DNA of 64,000 nt from Lama glama (taxonomy: Eukaryota). Shown in pieces: positions 23,760 to 36,639 of the stretch. How positions within the stretch are numbered: position 1 is the stretch's first letter; each line of letters opens with the position of its first letter. Both the position numbers and the translations under genes were made by a program. Location: assembly GCA_028534125.1 (NCBI GenBank), contig CM052816.1:18044001-18108000 (forward strand), written 5' to 3'. Below the pieces are notes generated by a model. It did no database searches and had not been told where the DNA came from. It saw only the letters and a list, made by a program, of their open reading frames with translations.

Positions 23760-26008
23760 CGCAGCCAGCATAATACACAACAGTGAAAAACTGAAAGTCT
23801 TCCCACTAAAATCTGGAACAAGACAAGAATGCCCACTCTCATCACTTCTGTTCAACATAGTCTTGGAAGTCCTAGCCACAGCAATCAGGCAAGAAAAAGA
23901 AATAAAAGGGATCCAAGTTGCAAGAGAAGAGGTAAAACTGTCACTATATGTGGATGACATGATACTATATACAGAAAACCCTAAAAGCTCCACATAAAAA
24001 CTACTAGAGCTGATAAAAGAATTCGGCACAGTAGCAGGATACAAGATTCACATACAAAAATCAGTTGCATTTCTTTACACTAACAATGAATTAGCAGGAA
24101 AAGAAAGTAAAGAAACAATCCCTTTTAAAACTGCATCCAAAACAATAAAATACTTGGGAATAAATCTGACCAAGGAGTGAAAGACTTATACATGGAGAGC
24201 TACAAAACATTGATTAAGGAAATTAAAGATGATTTAAAGAAATGGAAAGATAGCCCATGCTCTTGGATTGGAGCAATCAATATTGTTAAAATGGCCATAC
24301 TGCCCAAGGTAAATCTACAGATTTAATACTATCCCTATCAAATTAACCAGGACCTTTTTCACAGAACTGGAACAAATAATCAAAAAATTTATATGGAATC
24401 ACAAAAGATCCAGAATTGCCAAAGAAATACTGAAGAAAAAGAACAAAGCTGGAGGCATAACCCTCCCAGACTTCAGGCAATACTACAGAGCTACAGTAAT
24501 CAAAACAGCATGGTATTGGCATAAAAACAGACATACGGATCAATGAAACAGAATAGAGCGCCCAGAAATAAACCCACAGACCTATAGTATTAATCTTCAA
24601 CAAAGGAGACAAGAATATACAAGGGAGAAAAGACAGTCTCTTCAGCAAGTGATGCTAGGAAAACTGGACAGCAGCATGTAAATCGATGAACTTAGAACAC
24701 TCCAACACACTGTACACAAAAATAAACTCAAAATGGCTTAAAGACTTAAATATAAGACAAGACACAAAAAAGCTCCTTGAAGAAAACATAGGCAAAACAT
24801 TCTCTGACATAAATCTTAGCAATGTTCTCCTAGGGCAGCCTACCCAGGCAATAGAAATAAGAGCAAAAATTAACAAATGGAACCTAATTAAACTTAGAAT
24901 CTTTGGAACAGCAAAGGAAATCATGAGCAAAACAAATGACAACCTACAGAATGGGAGAAAATATTTGCAAATGATGGGACTGACAAAGGCTTAATTTTAA
25001 GAATATACAAACAGCTCATATAACTTAATAACAAAAAACAAACAATCCAATCCAAAAATGGGCAGAAGACCTAAACAAGCAATTCTCCAGTGAAGACATA
25101 CAAATGGCCAATAGGCACATGAAAAAATGCTCAGTATCACTAATTATCAGAGAAATGCAAATCAAAACTACAATTAGGTATCACCTCACACCCGTCAGAA
25201 TGGCCATCATTCAGAAGTCCACAAACAATAAATGCTGGAGAGTGTGTGGAGAAAAGGGAACCCTCCTACACTGCTGGTGGGAATGTAGTTTGGTGCAGCC
25301 ATTATGGAAAACAGTACGGAAATTCCTCAAAAAACTAAAAATAGATTTATCATATGATCCAGCAATCCCACTCCTGGGTATGTATATGAAGGAAACTCAA
25401 ATTTGAAAAGATACATACACCCCAGAGTTCACAGCAGTACTATATACAATAGCCAAGACATGGAAACAACCTAAGTATCCACTGACAGATGACTGCATAA
25501 AGATGTGGTAAATATACTATGGAATAGTACACAGCCAGAAAAATAAAATGCCATTTGCAGCAACATGGATGGACCGACCTAGAGACTGTCATTCTAAGTG
25601 AAGTAACCCAGAAAGAGAAAGAAAAATACCATATGACATCACTCATATGCGGAATCAAAAGAAAAGGAAAAAAGGATACTATGAACTCATTTACAAAACA
25701 GAAACAGACTTGCAGACATACTAAACAATCCTATGGTTACTAGGAAAGTAGGTAGGAAGGGATAAATTTGGGAGTTTGAGATTTGCAAACGTTCGCCACT
25801 ATATATAAAAATAGATGGGGAAAAAAACGAGGTTCTTCTATATAGCACAGGGAACTATATTCAATATCTTGTAATAACCTTTAAATGAAAAAGAATATGA
25901 AAACAAATATATGTATGCATATGCTGTATATGTCTGACTGGGACATTGGGCTGTACACTAGAAATTGACACATTGTAACTGACTGTACTTCAATTTTTTT
26001 AAAAAAAG
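23752..26008 (+). mobile_element. 5'-truncated lineage-specific L1 (ORF2 RT/C-terminal region plus 3' UTR), disabled
   Basis: RT motif [11 protein letters not shown] (~23938-23970), MEYY-like region and C-terminal [18 protein letters not shown]; several stops and frameshifts; 3' UTR ends ttgtaactgactgtacttcaa + A tail. Confidence 0.95.
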
Positions 26009-26084
26009 ATAAATAAAACTAACCCCACCCCCAACAAAAAATAAATAAATAAAAAGGTAAAATTAAAAAAAAAAACCTGTGTTC

Positions 26085-26350
26085 AGGTCAGAAATATCAG
26101 ACAGGGCCAGACCATGGAGAATACACAGAACACTTTAAGTGGTATAGATTTTATTCTAAAAGTAGTAAGAAGCCACTGGAAAGCTTTGAGCAGTGGAGGA
26201 AGGGACCTGCCTTACATTTACTGTGGGCTGTGGAGAATGACCAGAAGCCGGGGCCAAGAGATGGAGCTGGTGGAATAGCCCAGGAAAGAGGCTGGGGGCT
26301 TGGACCAGGGTGGTTTCAGTGGATAGGATGAGAAAGCTGTGAGAAGTAGT
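26085..26350 (-). mobile_element. LINE-2 (outer element of nest), right part
   Basis: aggtcaga...cagggccagaccatgg...gattttattctaaaagtagtaagaagccactggaaagctttgagcag follows on from 22017 in L2 order. Confidence 0.7.
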
Positions 26351-26654
26351 TGGCATATCAGCTGGGAAGAAGTTGGTGTCCAGGGCCAGAAGGATGCCTC
26401 GTGTGGCCCCAGCCTTCTGTGAATGGCCCTCAGCAGGCTGAGCACCAAGGATGGCTCCTCTGTGCGAGTTCTCAGGCAGAGGCAGAAGAATTCTACCCTG
26501 AGCTCATCTGCAGATGGGAGTTTGAGCAGAGCTACCTACGCTTCTTTTGTGCCCAATGACCAGCATCTTGAGAGCAAGGGCTGTGCTGTTTCTTGGTGTC
26601 ACTTGCCCTCACCCACCACTCACATGTGCATACCCCTAAAGGCTTCAACATTGC

Positions 26655-27045
26655 TGCGAACTAGAGTCTCCCAGAACTGATGCTGAGACAGACTGTGAAG
26701 TACAAGATGTTCCTGAGGGACAAACCCCTAAGAAAGGAAAGGGAGGAAGCAGCGTTGGGCAGAGGGAGAATTCGAATGACAGAGACCCCACAAAGCCTTA
26801 GCCCACCTGGTGGGAAGCTTGGGAGCCAGCATCACCCATCCTGTGTTGAGCCAATGGCCTAGACCGGCACCACTGAATACAGGCTGCCCAAGAAGAGTGT
26901 GGCCCCAGGTGAGCCCACGCTCTGCAGTGTAGGCAGATTCTAAAGGAGCTGACAGCAGGAGGTATCTGCTGTTTACACAGCCCCAGTTGAAGAACAAGTC
27001 CTTCTTTGAAGGGATCTGGGTGGTGCATCTCTGTGTCTTCCATGG
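26655..27045 (-). mobile_element. LTR16-like ERVL LTR
   Basis: gagctgacagc ... aagtccttctttgaagggatctgggtggtgcatc matches the reverse complement of the LTR16 5' end. Confidence 0.6.
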
Positions 27046-29888
27046 AGAGCACCTAATTGTCGTGGGCTGCTCAGATGAGCCTACAGTCCCTCTCTGCATG
27101 ATAGGAACTGGCTTCCAAGAAGAGCTTCTGCAACAGCTTGGTTCTATCTGGGCCTCTGAGCTAACTGGCCTGACTGGGCTCATGAAGAAGCCACCGGCCT
27201 TGTATCAAAGCATCTTTTTCAACACTAGAAAATGCTTACAGATGGAGGTCGATAATGTGAAATTCACTCAGGGGACCATTTCAGAATCATTTCAGCATCT
27301 GTTATGCCATGGAAAGATAGAGGCTTTGCGGTCAGAGAGTAGAGTGTTCCAATCCTGCATCTGCTGCCACACACAAGCTCCGTGACCCCAGGCAAGTTAA
27401 CAAGCCTTCTGGCAGTAATTTTCCTTCTTATTGTAAAACATGTGGAATGATGCTGAAAAGAAGAGCAGCCTGCGATTAAGAGCTATGTCTAACTGGCCCC
27501 GTCTTCCCATTGGGCTGTAGGTGTTCACTGAAGGGAGGAGTACCACTTGCTGTGAGGTATCTGTGCCCTTCTCCTAGGCAGGCAGAAGCAGCTAGAAGCT
27601 CTGCAGGGCAGCGAGGAGCTGTTACTCACACTTGCAGAGGTGTGCAAGGGAGCTCCCCCTACTTCAGCACTTCTCACACTGCCTGCGGTTTATCGTCTGA
27701 CTGCCACCTCCCCCACCCGCGGGCACCGGCAGGATCACAGCAGAGAGTGCAGCCCAGCCCACAGTCTGACACAGAGCAGGTGCCCGCCACACACTGGCTG
27801 CCATGACTGAAACCTTCCCTGACCCACTGGGGACTCAAAAGCACCCCAACAGTCAGCTCATGACATCTCTGGGAATAAGGAAGGCCCAGTTTGCCCTGGG
27901 CTCAGCCCACCTTTCTGGAACCTCATCTGCATGACAGGCAGCGTGCCGCCCCGGGCTGGGATTATAAAGTTGGTCGTAAGTGAAACATTGGCCAGAGCTC
28001 ACTGGTTCACAGAAGATTTAACATTACCCCTCTGAGCCCTCCTGGGCTCCCTCCTGTCAGCTCTCTTCTACCGGCAGATACTGGTTTTTTTCTTTAGGTT
28101 GTAGGAGGAAAGACTGTATATGTATAGCTCCAGAGGAATACCACAGGCTTCAGTGAGACTGTAAAGAATCTAGCTTTGTTCCTTGCATCAAATTGCCCCC
28201 TGGTTTTGCAAAATGCGGCCCTTCATTTTGCTCTGTTAAGTCTGATGCCATGGGATCAGCACCTGCTATGGATCCAGCCAGACCTGATTTCAGTCCTGTG
28301 TGGTCTGGAGCAAGTCGGCACCACTTCTGAGAGCTCCCACCCCCTTCTCTGTGATGCCGACCTCGCGCGTTGGTTGAGGGCTTAGAGAAGTAATGGTCTG
28401 AGACAGAGCACGTGCTCCAATCAGGCAGTTACCATCTCCCTTTAACAAAGGGAAGGAACAAAGGTAAGCGGTGCTGGTGTCTGTCTTACATGATGCTATG
28501 TGATGTGCACTCAGCGTGGAGCAGAACATTATGGCATCTGCTGCACTAGATTAGGACTGAAGAGGTCAGCAGGTGCCTGGAAATGTGAATAGCTGCAGTG
28601 TAGCCTGAGAGGAACTGTCTCAGGCAGTAGGAGCCTCTGGAGAGTGAAGTGGAAGACAGAAAGTTATGTTTCTTTCCCACATTTACCTTATCCTCTCTCC
28701 AGGTGGGAATGGGAATGGGGCCCAGACCCCTGATGGATCCTTACATACAGGGGAGGTGGGCTGTGGATCCCAAACCCTGAGAAAGAGGCTCTCAGGTGGG
28801 GAGAAGAGGAGGCATTGGAGCTCATAAATTTAGAAACCCAACCTGAAGCTTCCGAAAGGCAGGAACCATGACTGTCTGGTGACTGGTAAATTTCTGGCAC
28901 GTAAGAAAATGCGTGGCACATAAACGGTCTTCAGTTTCTGTTGAATCCAAGCACTGCGTGTAGACTTTTATCCATCCATCCATGTATCTGGTAACCATTT
29001 GCTAAGTGCATCCTTAGAGCTGGGCTGGGTTGAACTTACAGAGAGATGTAAAGCCAGTCTCTGGTGACTCACTGCCTAACAGGGGGACAGGCACATTGAA
29101 CAGACAAACCCAGCTGGTGGGGGGAGGGCAAGTGGTCTGAAAGAGAGAAGCCCAGGGAGCTGTGGGTGTGCAGGGGAAGACACTCAGTCTGTGGTGAGGG
29201 AGCGAGGGCAGGGAAGGCATTTTCAGGCCATGCCCCAAAAGAAAAGCAGACAGAAAGACTGAAGACTCGGAGTCAGCTGACTCATCGAGTCCAAGCCGTG
29301 TTTTCCCACTGCCTCTTCATAGAGTGTCTTTGGATAATTAACACAATAAAGTCTGTAAAATGGCTAGCACGTGGTGTTTGCTCTCTGAAATTCTGCCATC
29401 ATCATCAGCATCACCATTACCATCATCATCCTGGTTCTTCTGCAGGTAGAGGAGAGGGCCTGTGCCTTCCTGGCCTCTGCTGCACTACAGACATCATCCA
29501 GCCTCAGTTGAAAGCTAAGGGCTAGGGCTCTTAATTCCCTCAAAGGTCAGAAGGGCTGGGAGAGAGGAGTGTCCTGGGCGGGAACGGGAGTGGGGGGACT
29601 CCCAGGGCCCTCCAGGGGCACTCTTGGGATCTGGAGTTGCTGTTCAGGTAATGAGGCAATTCTGACTTTCAGGGTTTGATCTTGGCTCCACCTTCTTTCT
29701 TAGGTCTTCCCCTCCTTGATGACAGTTGGACCCTCTGCCCATAAGCTCAGAGCAGTCTTGAGAGAAGTTGGAAGGGAGTCTGGCTCTGCTTGGACTTGTA
29801 ATGTTAGGGATGGGAACTGAGGGACACCATTACTGGCTTCAGGAAGCACACTTTGTCCAGGGAGCTGGACACATGCCCAGCAAGGTAG

Positions 29889-30123
29889 GTTCTTCCCAAG
29901 GCTCCTGGTTCTGAGTCTGGATCCCATGGTGGATGGGAGACACTGCAGGCAGTCACACCAAGGAAGACTGAACGGGAGCCAAGCTTCCAGACTTCCATTA
30001 GACCACATCGCCTCAGCCTTAGCACAGTGAGCACCATCCATGGCCAACACACTTCTGCTTCTTCTTTTGGCAAGGTGGCACTCTGATGAGGAGGTTTTCA
30101 ATTGATCCAAATGCCAACCTCTG
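29889..30123 (+). pseudogene. Decayed RhoGAP-domain gene, exon remnant A (N-terminal helices and arginine-finger region)
   Basis: The frame through 29943 reads LQAVTPRKTEREPSFQTSI / (shift) DHIAS / (shift) LSTVSTIHGQHTSASSFGKVA / (1-nt shift near 30079) TLMRRFSIDPNANL. This matches the RhoGAP pattern L..V.......P.F...CI..I...GL..EG.YR.SG...KV..L...F..D. It ends at a consensus donor CTG|GTAAGT (GT at 30124). The true acceptor may be cttctttcttag|g at 29703/29704. Confidence 0.6.
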
Positions 30124-30834
30124 GTAAGTGGGACATCTAGCAGTGTGTCAGGCCTCCCAGGACTGGCTGTGCTCTACTTATACGCAAAATAGACTCAAAA
30201 AGATCTAATCAAACTACTCACATAAATTTACCTCTGCTCAGTTCAGAACAGTAGGGCTGTAGTATGCAACATCTCTACTCCCTTGGCACCTGGCTTCTAA
30301 AATCAGTAACGTGGGCTTTGTGAATGCTAAATGTGATTTCTTTTCCCACAAACTTGATCTGTGTGTATGCGTGTGTTTTACAAATTATATTCTGTATTTA
30401 TAATTTAAGTGAACACATTGCTACAACTTACACTCTGGGGGTAAAGAGCTTAGAGACAAGAGATCCCATACTCAGCCCTCAGCCTTCCTATAATGAATTA
30501 GTGAATTATCAAGTGAACAAATAGTTTCCTTTGGAAGAAAAGGAAATCATCATGTGCCACTAACAAAATTCACTGTTTCTCTCTCATGCTCACATGATCT
30601 CATGCTTTTTCTCAGTCTCTTGCTGTCTCCCATGGATGTGGTAGGAGGTAAAGAAAGGAGGGGTTTCTGGAAGGTTCTGGAAGCTTAAGGAGCTTGTTTC
30701 TCTCACTCAAGTTTTCAGAAATGGAGAAAGGGCAACATACTATGTGTTTTTGCTACTGGCTCGATTTGCCTGTGGCTCTGACCGAAGGACACTGTAGTTT
30801 TTTAAGGATTCTTGCCCAGATCTATGCACCCTAG

Positions 30835-31265
30835 GGAGTGTTACCCTTTTCAAAGTAATCACTCTGAAAGACTGTATACTTATTTCAAAGATGCTTTGGT
30901 TGCTCCAAACACACCTTTCAGTAACTCTAATAGCTTCTTTTAAAATAGTCTTCAGGGTCACTTTACAAACTGTACAAGAAATTTAGCTTCATTATCTCCT
31001 AATCACTTTGCAGAGGATCAGGAGGATGGTATAATTCAACTTATCCATCAGGTTAGACTCTTAATGACCTTTGTCTGTTTTAAAAAATTTATCCATCCTC
31101 CAAAGACAAAGACTAGGCATCATTAAGCAGATATCAAAAGAATGTGTCATGAGCTTGGGAAGTAATTTTGAAGCTGGAGTTGGCCAAACATTTTGAGCAA
31201 AGAAGCATTTTTAGATTAAGTATCAAGTCTGCCAAAGAGGATGCTATGAAGAACACTCATTTGGT
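30835..31265. mobile_element. MARNA-like non-autonomous mariner element
   Basis: ttttcaaagtaatcactctgaaagactgtatacttatttcaaagatgct and the mirrored end; mariner C-terminal remnant aatgacctttgtctgttttaaaaaatt (N-D-F-x-L-F-x-K-like). Lies in the intron between fossil exons A and B. Confidence 0.7.
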
Positions 31266-31453
31266 TTTGAGATTTTTAATTGTCTGTTAAGTTCGCAGAT
31301 TCTTTTCACCATAAACAGACACTGTATTTTAAAGTCCTCGTTTCCTGCTGCTCTGTGTCACAAAGGTCCTGAGAGTTCATGGCTCATAGTTTGACTTTCC
31401 ATCTTTATTTCCTAGAGTTACTTACAATCTCAATCATTTCTCCTCCTCTGCAG

Positions 31454-31747
31454 TCAAGACTCACGTGTGGATGTGAATATGCTTTGTCTATACCTGCCAG
31501 TGATAATCCGTGATAACAGGCTGGGAGACATGGAGCTTCTAAAAGGCTCCTTGAAATCCTTCCTATCTTATTGGGCAGAAGCAGGCATTGCTGGCAAGTC
31601 AGGCTTTTGCTACACACTGCCATCTGAGACCTATTGACTCCTCCTGACCCTATTGGGAGAACTCAGTCGAGTACTGGAGGTAGTGGATGGGGCATCACAA
31701 TTCAACAAATGCCAGAGAACGTTATTGTTAGCAGTTACCTATTTAAA
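31454..31747 (+). pseudogene. Decayed RhoGAP-domain gene, exon remnant B (core of domain)
   Basis: Strong acceptor tttctcctcctctgcag|t, phase-compatible with the 30124 donor (TG+T = Cys). Reads QDSRVDVNMLCLYLPVIIRDNRLGDMELLKGSLKSFLSYWAEAGIAGKSGFCYTLPSETY*LLLTLLGELSRVLEVVDGASQFNK, then after a 1-nt shift MPENVIVSSYLFK. The stop is TGA at 31635-31637 (plausibly CGA decay). Motif order and spacing fit RhoGAP DV..L...L..FLRE ... LP..NY.LL..L ... V...S..NKM..ENLAIVFGP.LF. A possible degenerate donor gctagt lies at 31748. Confidence 0.65.
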
Positions 31748-31820
31748 GCTAGTTCAGGAACCCCTAGGCAATCTTCCCTTTGGTTACCATGATGCTTTTA
31801 GATTAAGCTATTATCTCTAT

Positions 31821-34800
31821 GAATAACCGAAAAGAAATGGATAAATTCCCAGAAATATACAACCTTCCAAGACTGAATCACGAAGAAAGAGAAAATCTGA
31901 ACAGAGCAATTACCAGTAGGGAGATTTAATCAGTAAATAAAAATCTCTCAAAAAACAAATGTCCAGGACCAGATATTCAAAAAAGACTATCAATCCTTCA
32001 CAAATTCTTTCAAAAAATAGAAGAGAAGGGAACACCTCCAAACTCAGTCTATGAGGCCAGTATTACCCTGATACCAAAACTAGAAAAGGATGCCACAAGA
32101 AAGAAAAATTACAGGCTAATATCCCTGATGTAAGGTAGCTGCAGAAACCCTCAACATAGTATTAACAAAACAAATTCAATAACGCAGTAACAGAATCATA
32201 CACTATGGTGGGATTTATTCTAGGGATACAAAGTTACAACATCCAAAAATCAATCCACGTAATACACATTAACAAAATGAAGGATAAAAATCATATGATC
32301 CTCGAGACCACAGGAAAGCACCTCAACATAATGAAGGCCATACAGGACAAGATGACAGCTGACATCATACTCAACAGTGAAAAGCTAAAAGCTTTTTCTC
32401 TAAGATCAGGAGCAAAATAAGGATGCCCATTCACGTCATTTTTATCCAACAAAGGACTGAAAGTCCTATCCAGTGCAGTTAGGTAAGAAGAAGAAATAAA
32501 AGGCATCCACAACAGAAAATAAGAAGTAAAATTATTACTATTTGCAGTGACATGATATTAAATATAGAAAACTGTAAAGACGCCACCAAAAAACTATTAG
32601 AACTAATAAATGAATTCAGGAAATTTTCAGGATACAAAATCAATATAGAAATGTGTTGCATTTCTATATATTAATAATTAACTATGAGAAAAAAAATTTA
32701 ATTCCCATTTATAATTGTATCAAACAGAATAAAATACCTAGGAATAAATTTAAACAAGGAAGTGAAATATCTTGATAAAGCAAACTGTAGAACACTGATG
32801 AAATAAATTAGAGAAAAATAAATGGAAAGATATTCTGTGCTCATGGACTAGAAAAATTAATATTGTTAAAATGTCCATACCATCCAAAGCAATTCACAGA
32901 TTCCATACAATACCTTTCAAAATACCAACGGCATTTTTCACAGAACTAAAACAAATAACCCTAAAACTCGCATGGAACCACAAAAGACCCCAAATAGCCA
33001 AAGCAATCTTGAGGGAGATCAAAAATGGAAGCATCATGCTCCCAGATCTCAAAGTGTATTACAAAGCTACAGTCATAAAAACAGTATCAAACAATACAGC
33101 CCAGAAATAAACACATGCAAATACACTCAATTAAAATTTACAATAAAGGAGCCAAGAACATATAATGGGAAAAGGACAGTCTCTTTAGTAAATGGTGTTG
33201 GGAAAACTGGACAGTTACATTCAGAAGAATGAAATTGGACCACTATCTTATACTATGCCCAAAATTAACTAAAAATGGATTAAAGGCTTGAATGGAAGAC
33301 CTGAAACCATAAAATTCCTAGAAGAAAGCATAGGCAGTAAGCTCCTTGACCCTGGTTTTGGTGATGATTTTTTAAATTTGACACAAAAGCAAAGGCAATA
33401 AAAGCAAAAATAAACAAGTCAGACTATATCAAACTACAAAGCTTCTGTAGAACAAAGGGAACCGCGAACAAAATGAAAAAAAAAAAAGACAACCTACCAA
33501 ATGGGGAAGTATGTTTGCAAATCATGTATCTGATGAGGGGCTTAATACTGAAAATAATATAAAGAACTCATACAGCTCAACATCAAAAAACCAAACAATC
33601 CAATTATGAAATGAGCAGAAAAGCTGAATAGACTTTTTTCAAGGAAGATATATAGATGGCCAGATGAAAAGATGCTCAACATCATTAATTATCAATGAAA
33701 CACAAATCAAAACGACAATGAGATATCATGTCACACCCGTTAGATGGCTATTATCAATAGATACGAAGAGGATGTGCTCTGCTGGTAGGCATGTAAATTG
33801 GTGCAGCTACTATGGAAAACAATATAGAGTTTCCTTAAAAAATTAAAAATAGAACCACTATATGATCAAGCAATTCCACTTCTTGGTACTTATCTGTGAA
33901 AATGAAAATACTAACTCAGAAAGATGTATGCACCCCCATGTTCACTGCAATATTGTTTACAATAGCCAAGATACGAAACAACCTAAGTATCCATGGAGGA
34001 AAGAATGGATAAAGAAAATGTTGTACAGTCATCCCTCAGTATCCATGAGGGATTGGTTCCAGGACCCCCTGCCAGATACCAAAACTCTTAGATGTTCAAG
34101 TCCCTTAGGTGAAAAAGAGTAGTATTTGCATATAATGTATGCACTCTGTATACTTTAAATCAACTCTAGATTTCTTATAATACCTAATATAATATAAATA
34201 CTATGCAAATAGTTGCTGGCACGCAGAAATTTTGAGTTTTGTTTTTAGGAACTCTTTGGATTTTTTAATATTTTCCATCTGTGGTTAATTGGATTCAAGG
34301 ATGAGGAACCTGCAGATACAGAGGGCTGACTATATATATTTTTTTCAGTGGATCATTATTCAGCCATAAATATGAATGAAATTTTGCCATTGTGCAAGAA
34401 TGGACCTTGAGGGTATTATGCTAAGTGAAATAAGTCAGAGAAAGAAAAATACTGAATGATCACATTTATATGTGGAATCTAAAAAAAACAAAAAACAAAA
34501 GAAACCCCCAAACCCTCATAGATAAAGAGAACAGATTGGTGGTTGCCAGAGGTGGGGGGTGTAGGTGGGCCAAATGGATGAAGGGAGTCAAAGGTACAGC
34601 CTTTCAGTTATAAAACACACAAGTCATGGGGATCTAAGGTTTATCATGGCAACTTCAGTTAATACTACTGTATTACATATTTGAAAGTTGCTAAAAGTAA
34701 ATCTTAAGTTTTCATGATAAGAAAAAAATTCTGTAATTATATATGGTGATGAACGTTACCTATATGTGGTGATCATTTCATAACATATTCAAATATCAAA

Positions 34801-34860
34801 TGTTGTATAACTGAAATTAACATGTTGTATGTCAATTATACTGCAATAAAAATAAATAAC
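31821..34860 (+). mobile_element. 5'-truncated old L1 (L1MA9-like 3' end)
   Basis: ORF2 remnants (gaaatggataaattcccagaaatatacaaccttccaagactgaatc; tttgcagtgacatgat); 3' UTR ending tgtatgtcaattatactgcaataaaa. Confidence 0.9.
34026..34332 (+). mobile_element. MER2 (Tigger-derived DNA transposon) nested in L1
   Basis: TA|cagtcatccctcagtatccatgagggattggttccaggacccc ... gatacagagggctgacta|TA; TIRs and TA TSD. Confidence 0.85.
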
Positions 34861-36639
34861 ATTAAAATTTTAATAAAACAATTGAGATTACATGATTATA
34901 AAATTAAGTAAGTTAGACATTAGTGGTAAACACCAAGAAAAATGTGATAAAGATAAAAATTAAGAACAGAAGTATATATCAGATCATATATATTTTAGGG
35001 TCCTTTGGGAAGTAGCTTAGTTAGATAGACTTCTGGGGGAAAAGAGAGGAGAGAATCAATCACATTAAAGAATAAAAATTAGAAAATGACTTATTTAAAA
35101 GGAATTGTTTAAGAACTGCAATTATTTGATCCACAGAGGGGAAAACTGATATATGAAACCTCAATGAATTTCTTCTTTTATATAATTTCTCTCTTAATCA
35201 AAGAAGACATGTACTTAGTTTTAAAGGTTTAAAAAAAACAACGGTGTTGTCTCAAGAAGCCCCTGTTAAAACCGGAATACATCACCTGGTAGGTAGAACA
35301 CATTAACCAATACCAGTTAGGCAGGAAGTAGCTCAAACACTCACCAGAAAGCTGCTCCAAGATTCTTTGGAAACAGAAGTCAGGGTGAAGCCAGGGTGAG
35401 TCTTCTCCAGGAGTGAAGGTGGGGAGGGAGGCGCCAAGATGTCAAAGATGGAGCAGATAGGGCTCTGCCGGCAAGGCATTCCTGAGGGTAGAGAGGGAAC
35501 AGTGACAGACTACAGGTTAGAGCTCGGGAAAGAAGTCCTCTGGCAAATCATACGCTTCTCTTCATTTATCAAGGGGTGGCCCTGACCCTTTTGCAGCATC
35601 ACTGTTTCCCCTTTGACTCAGCTACCTGGGAGAGCTTCGAGGATGGCTTCCTATTCTTGCCAAAGACAAACCCAAGATGACATTTTTCAAAGGGATGATG
35701 CCAACCTATTCTCTGAAATCACAATGTAGTGTTGCTATAATGTTTTTATTCAAACCAGGAGGTGTCTGGAGCCAAAGGGGGAACTTCTCTGTGTCTTTGC
35801 AGCTCGGTCTTAGGATCTGTGGCAGTGCCACGGGCCCAGGCAAGCTGCCTGCTGGGAAAACAACCCTTCAAACATCAACAAACCACTATCTTCGTGAGAT
35901 GAGATGGAGAATGTCAGCCTGGGCATAGTGTTTGGAATACCCCTTGCCAAAACTGCTAAGTCTTTTGAATGCCTTTACTGACAGTTAAAATTCTCTAAGT
36001 CACCCAAGTATGCAAAATTCTATCTCCATTTTTTTTCATTAAATGTCTACTCTCAGAATCCAGTCTCATCTCATTCATGAGAGGGCCTCCTTAGCTATAT
36101 AATGGTGTAACAGTAGCACCCAACTCACAGACTGAGAATTAGACAAGGTAATATTTCTAGGAACCTGGAGCTCAGGAGCCTGGTCTCTGCACCTGTTATG
36201 CTATGTGACCTTTGATTCTTTGTGTAACCTCCTGGCTCACTTTTTTTTCAAAGGCAAAATAATAATGATAATTATTCAGGGGGATACCATTTTGTTTTAT
36301 TTCATTTTTAATACTTCTGTTTGTTCACTGTTTTCAAGCTCTTTAGTGTTTGGGGAAATAAAAGCTTTAAAATGAGAATTGCAAAGGTAATGATGATAAT
36401 ACCATCCTCAATAACAGATGGACACTAGGAGGGTGCAGACAACCATCGGTGAGGCTTCCTCAGAGCTCATTTAGATGCAGCCCACATAGCCATTTCAGCA
36501 TATATTAAGACCAGACCTTTAAAAATTCATACTAAATCTCAGTTTCCGTCCATGTACAAATTCCATGCTGGCTCGTGATAATTTCTGCAAAGTGACTGTG
36601 CCTTTCTCATAATTTATGGTCTCTTTTCACTCCGTGGAG

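Noticed and set aside
29396..29430. Poly-His tract in ORF 29166-29525
   Set aside because: An imperfect (CAT)n tail following a MIR-like 3' end; no coding evidence.
30040..30105. Signal-peptide-like MANTLLLLLLARW
   Set aside because: Stops after 21 codons; it is an alternative frame of the pyrimidine-rich part of fossil exon A.
31530..31568. Kinase-like reading MELLKGSLKSFLS (and CWENNPS near 35850)
   Set aside because: No GxGxxG, HRD or DFG motifs nearby; the surrounding frame fits RhoGAP motif order much better.
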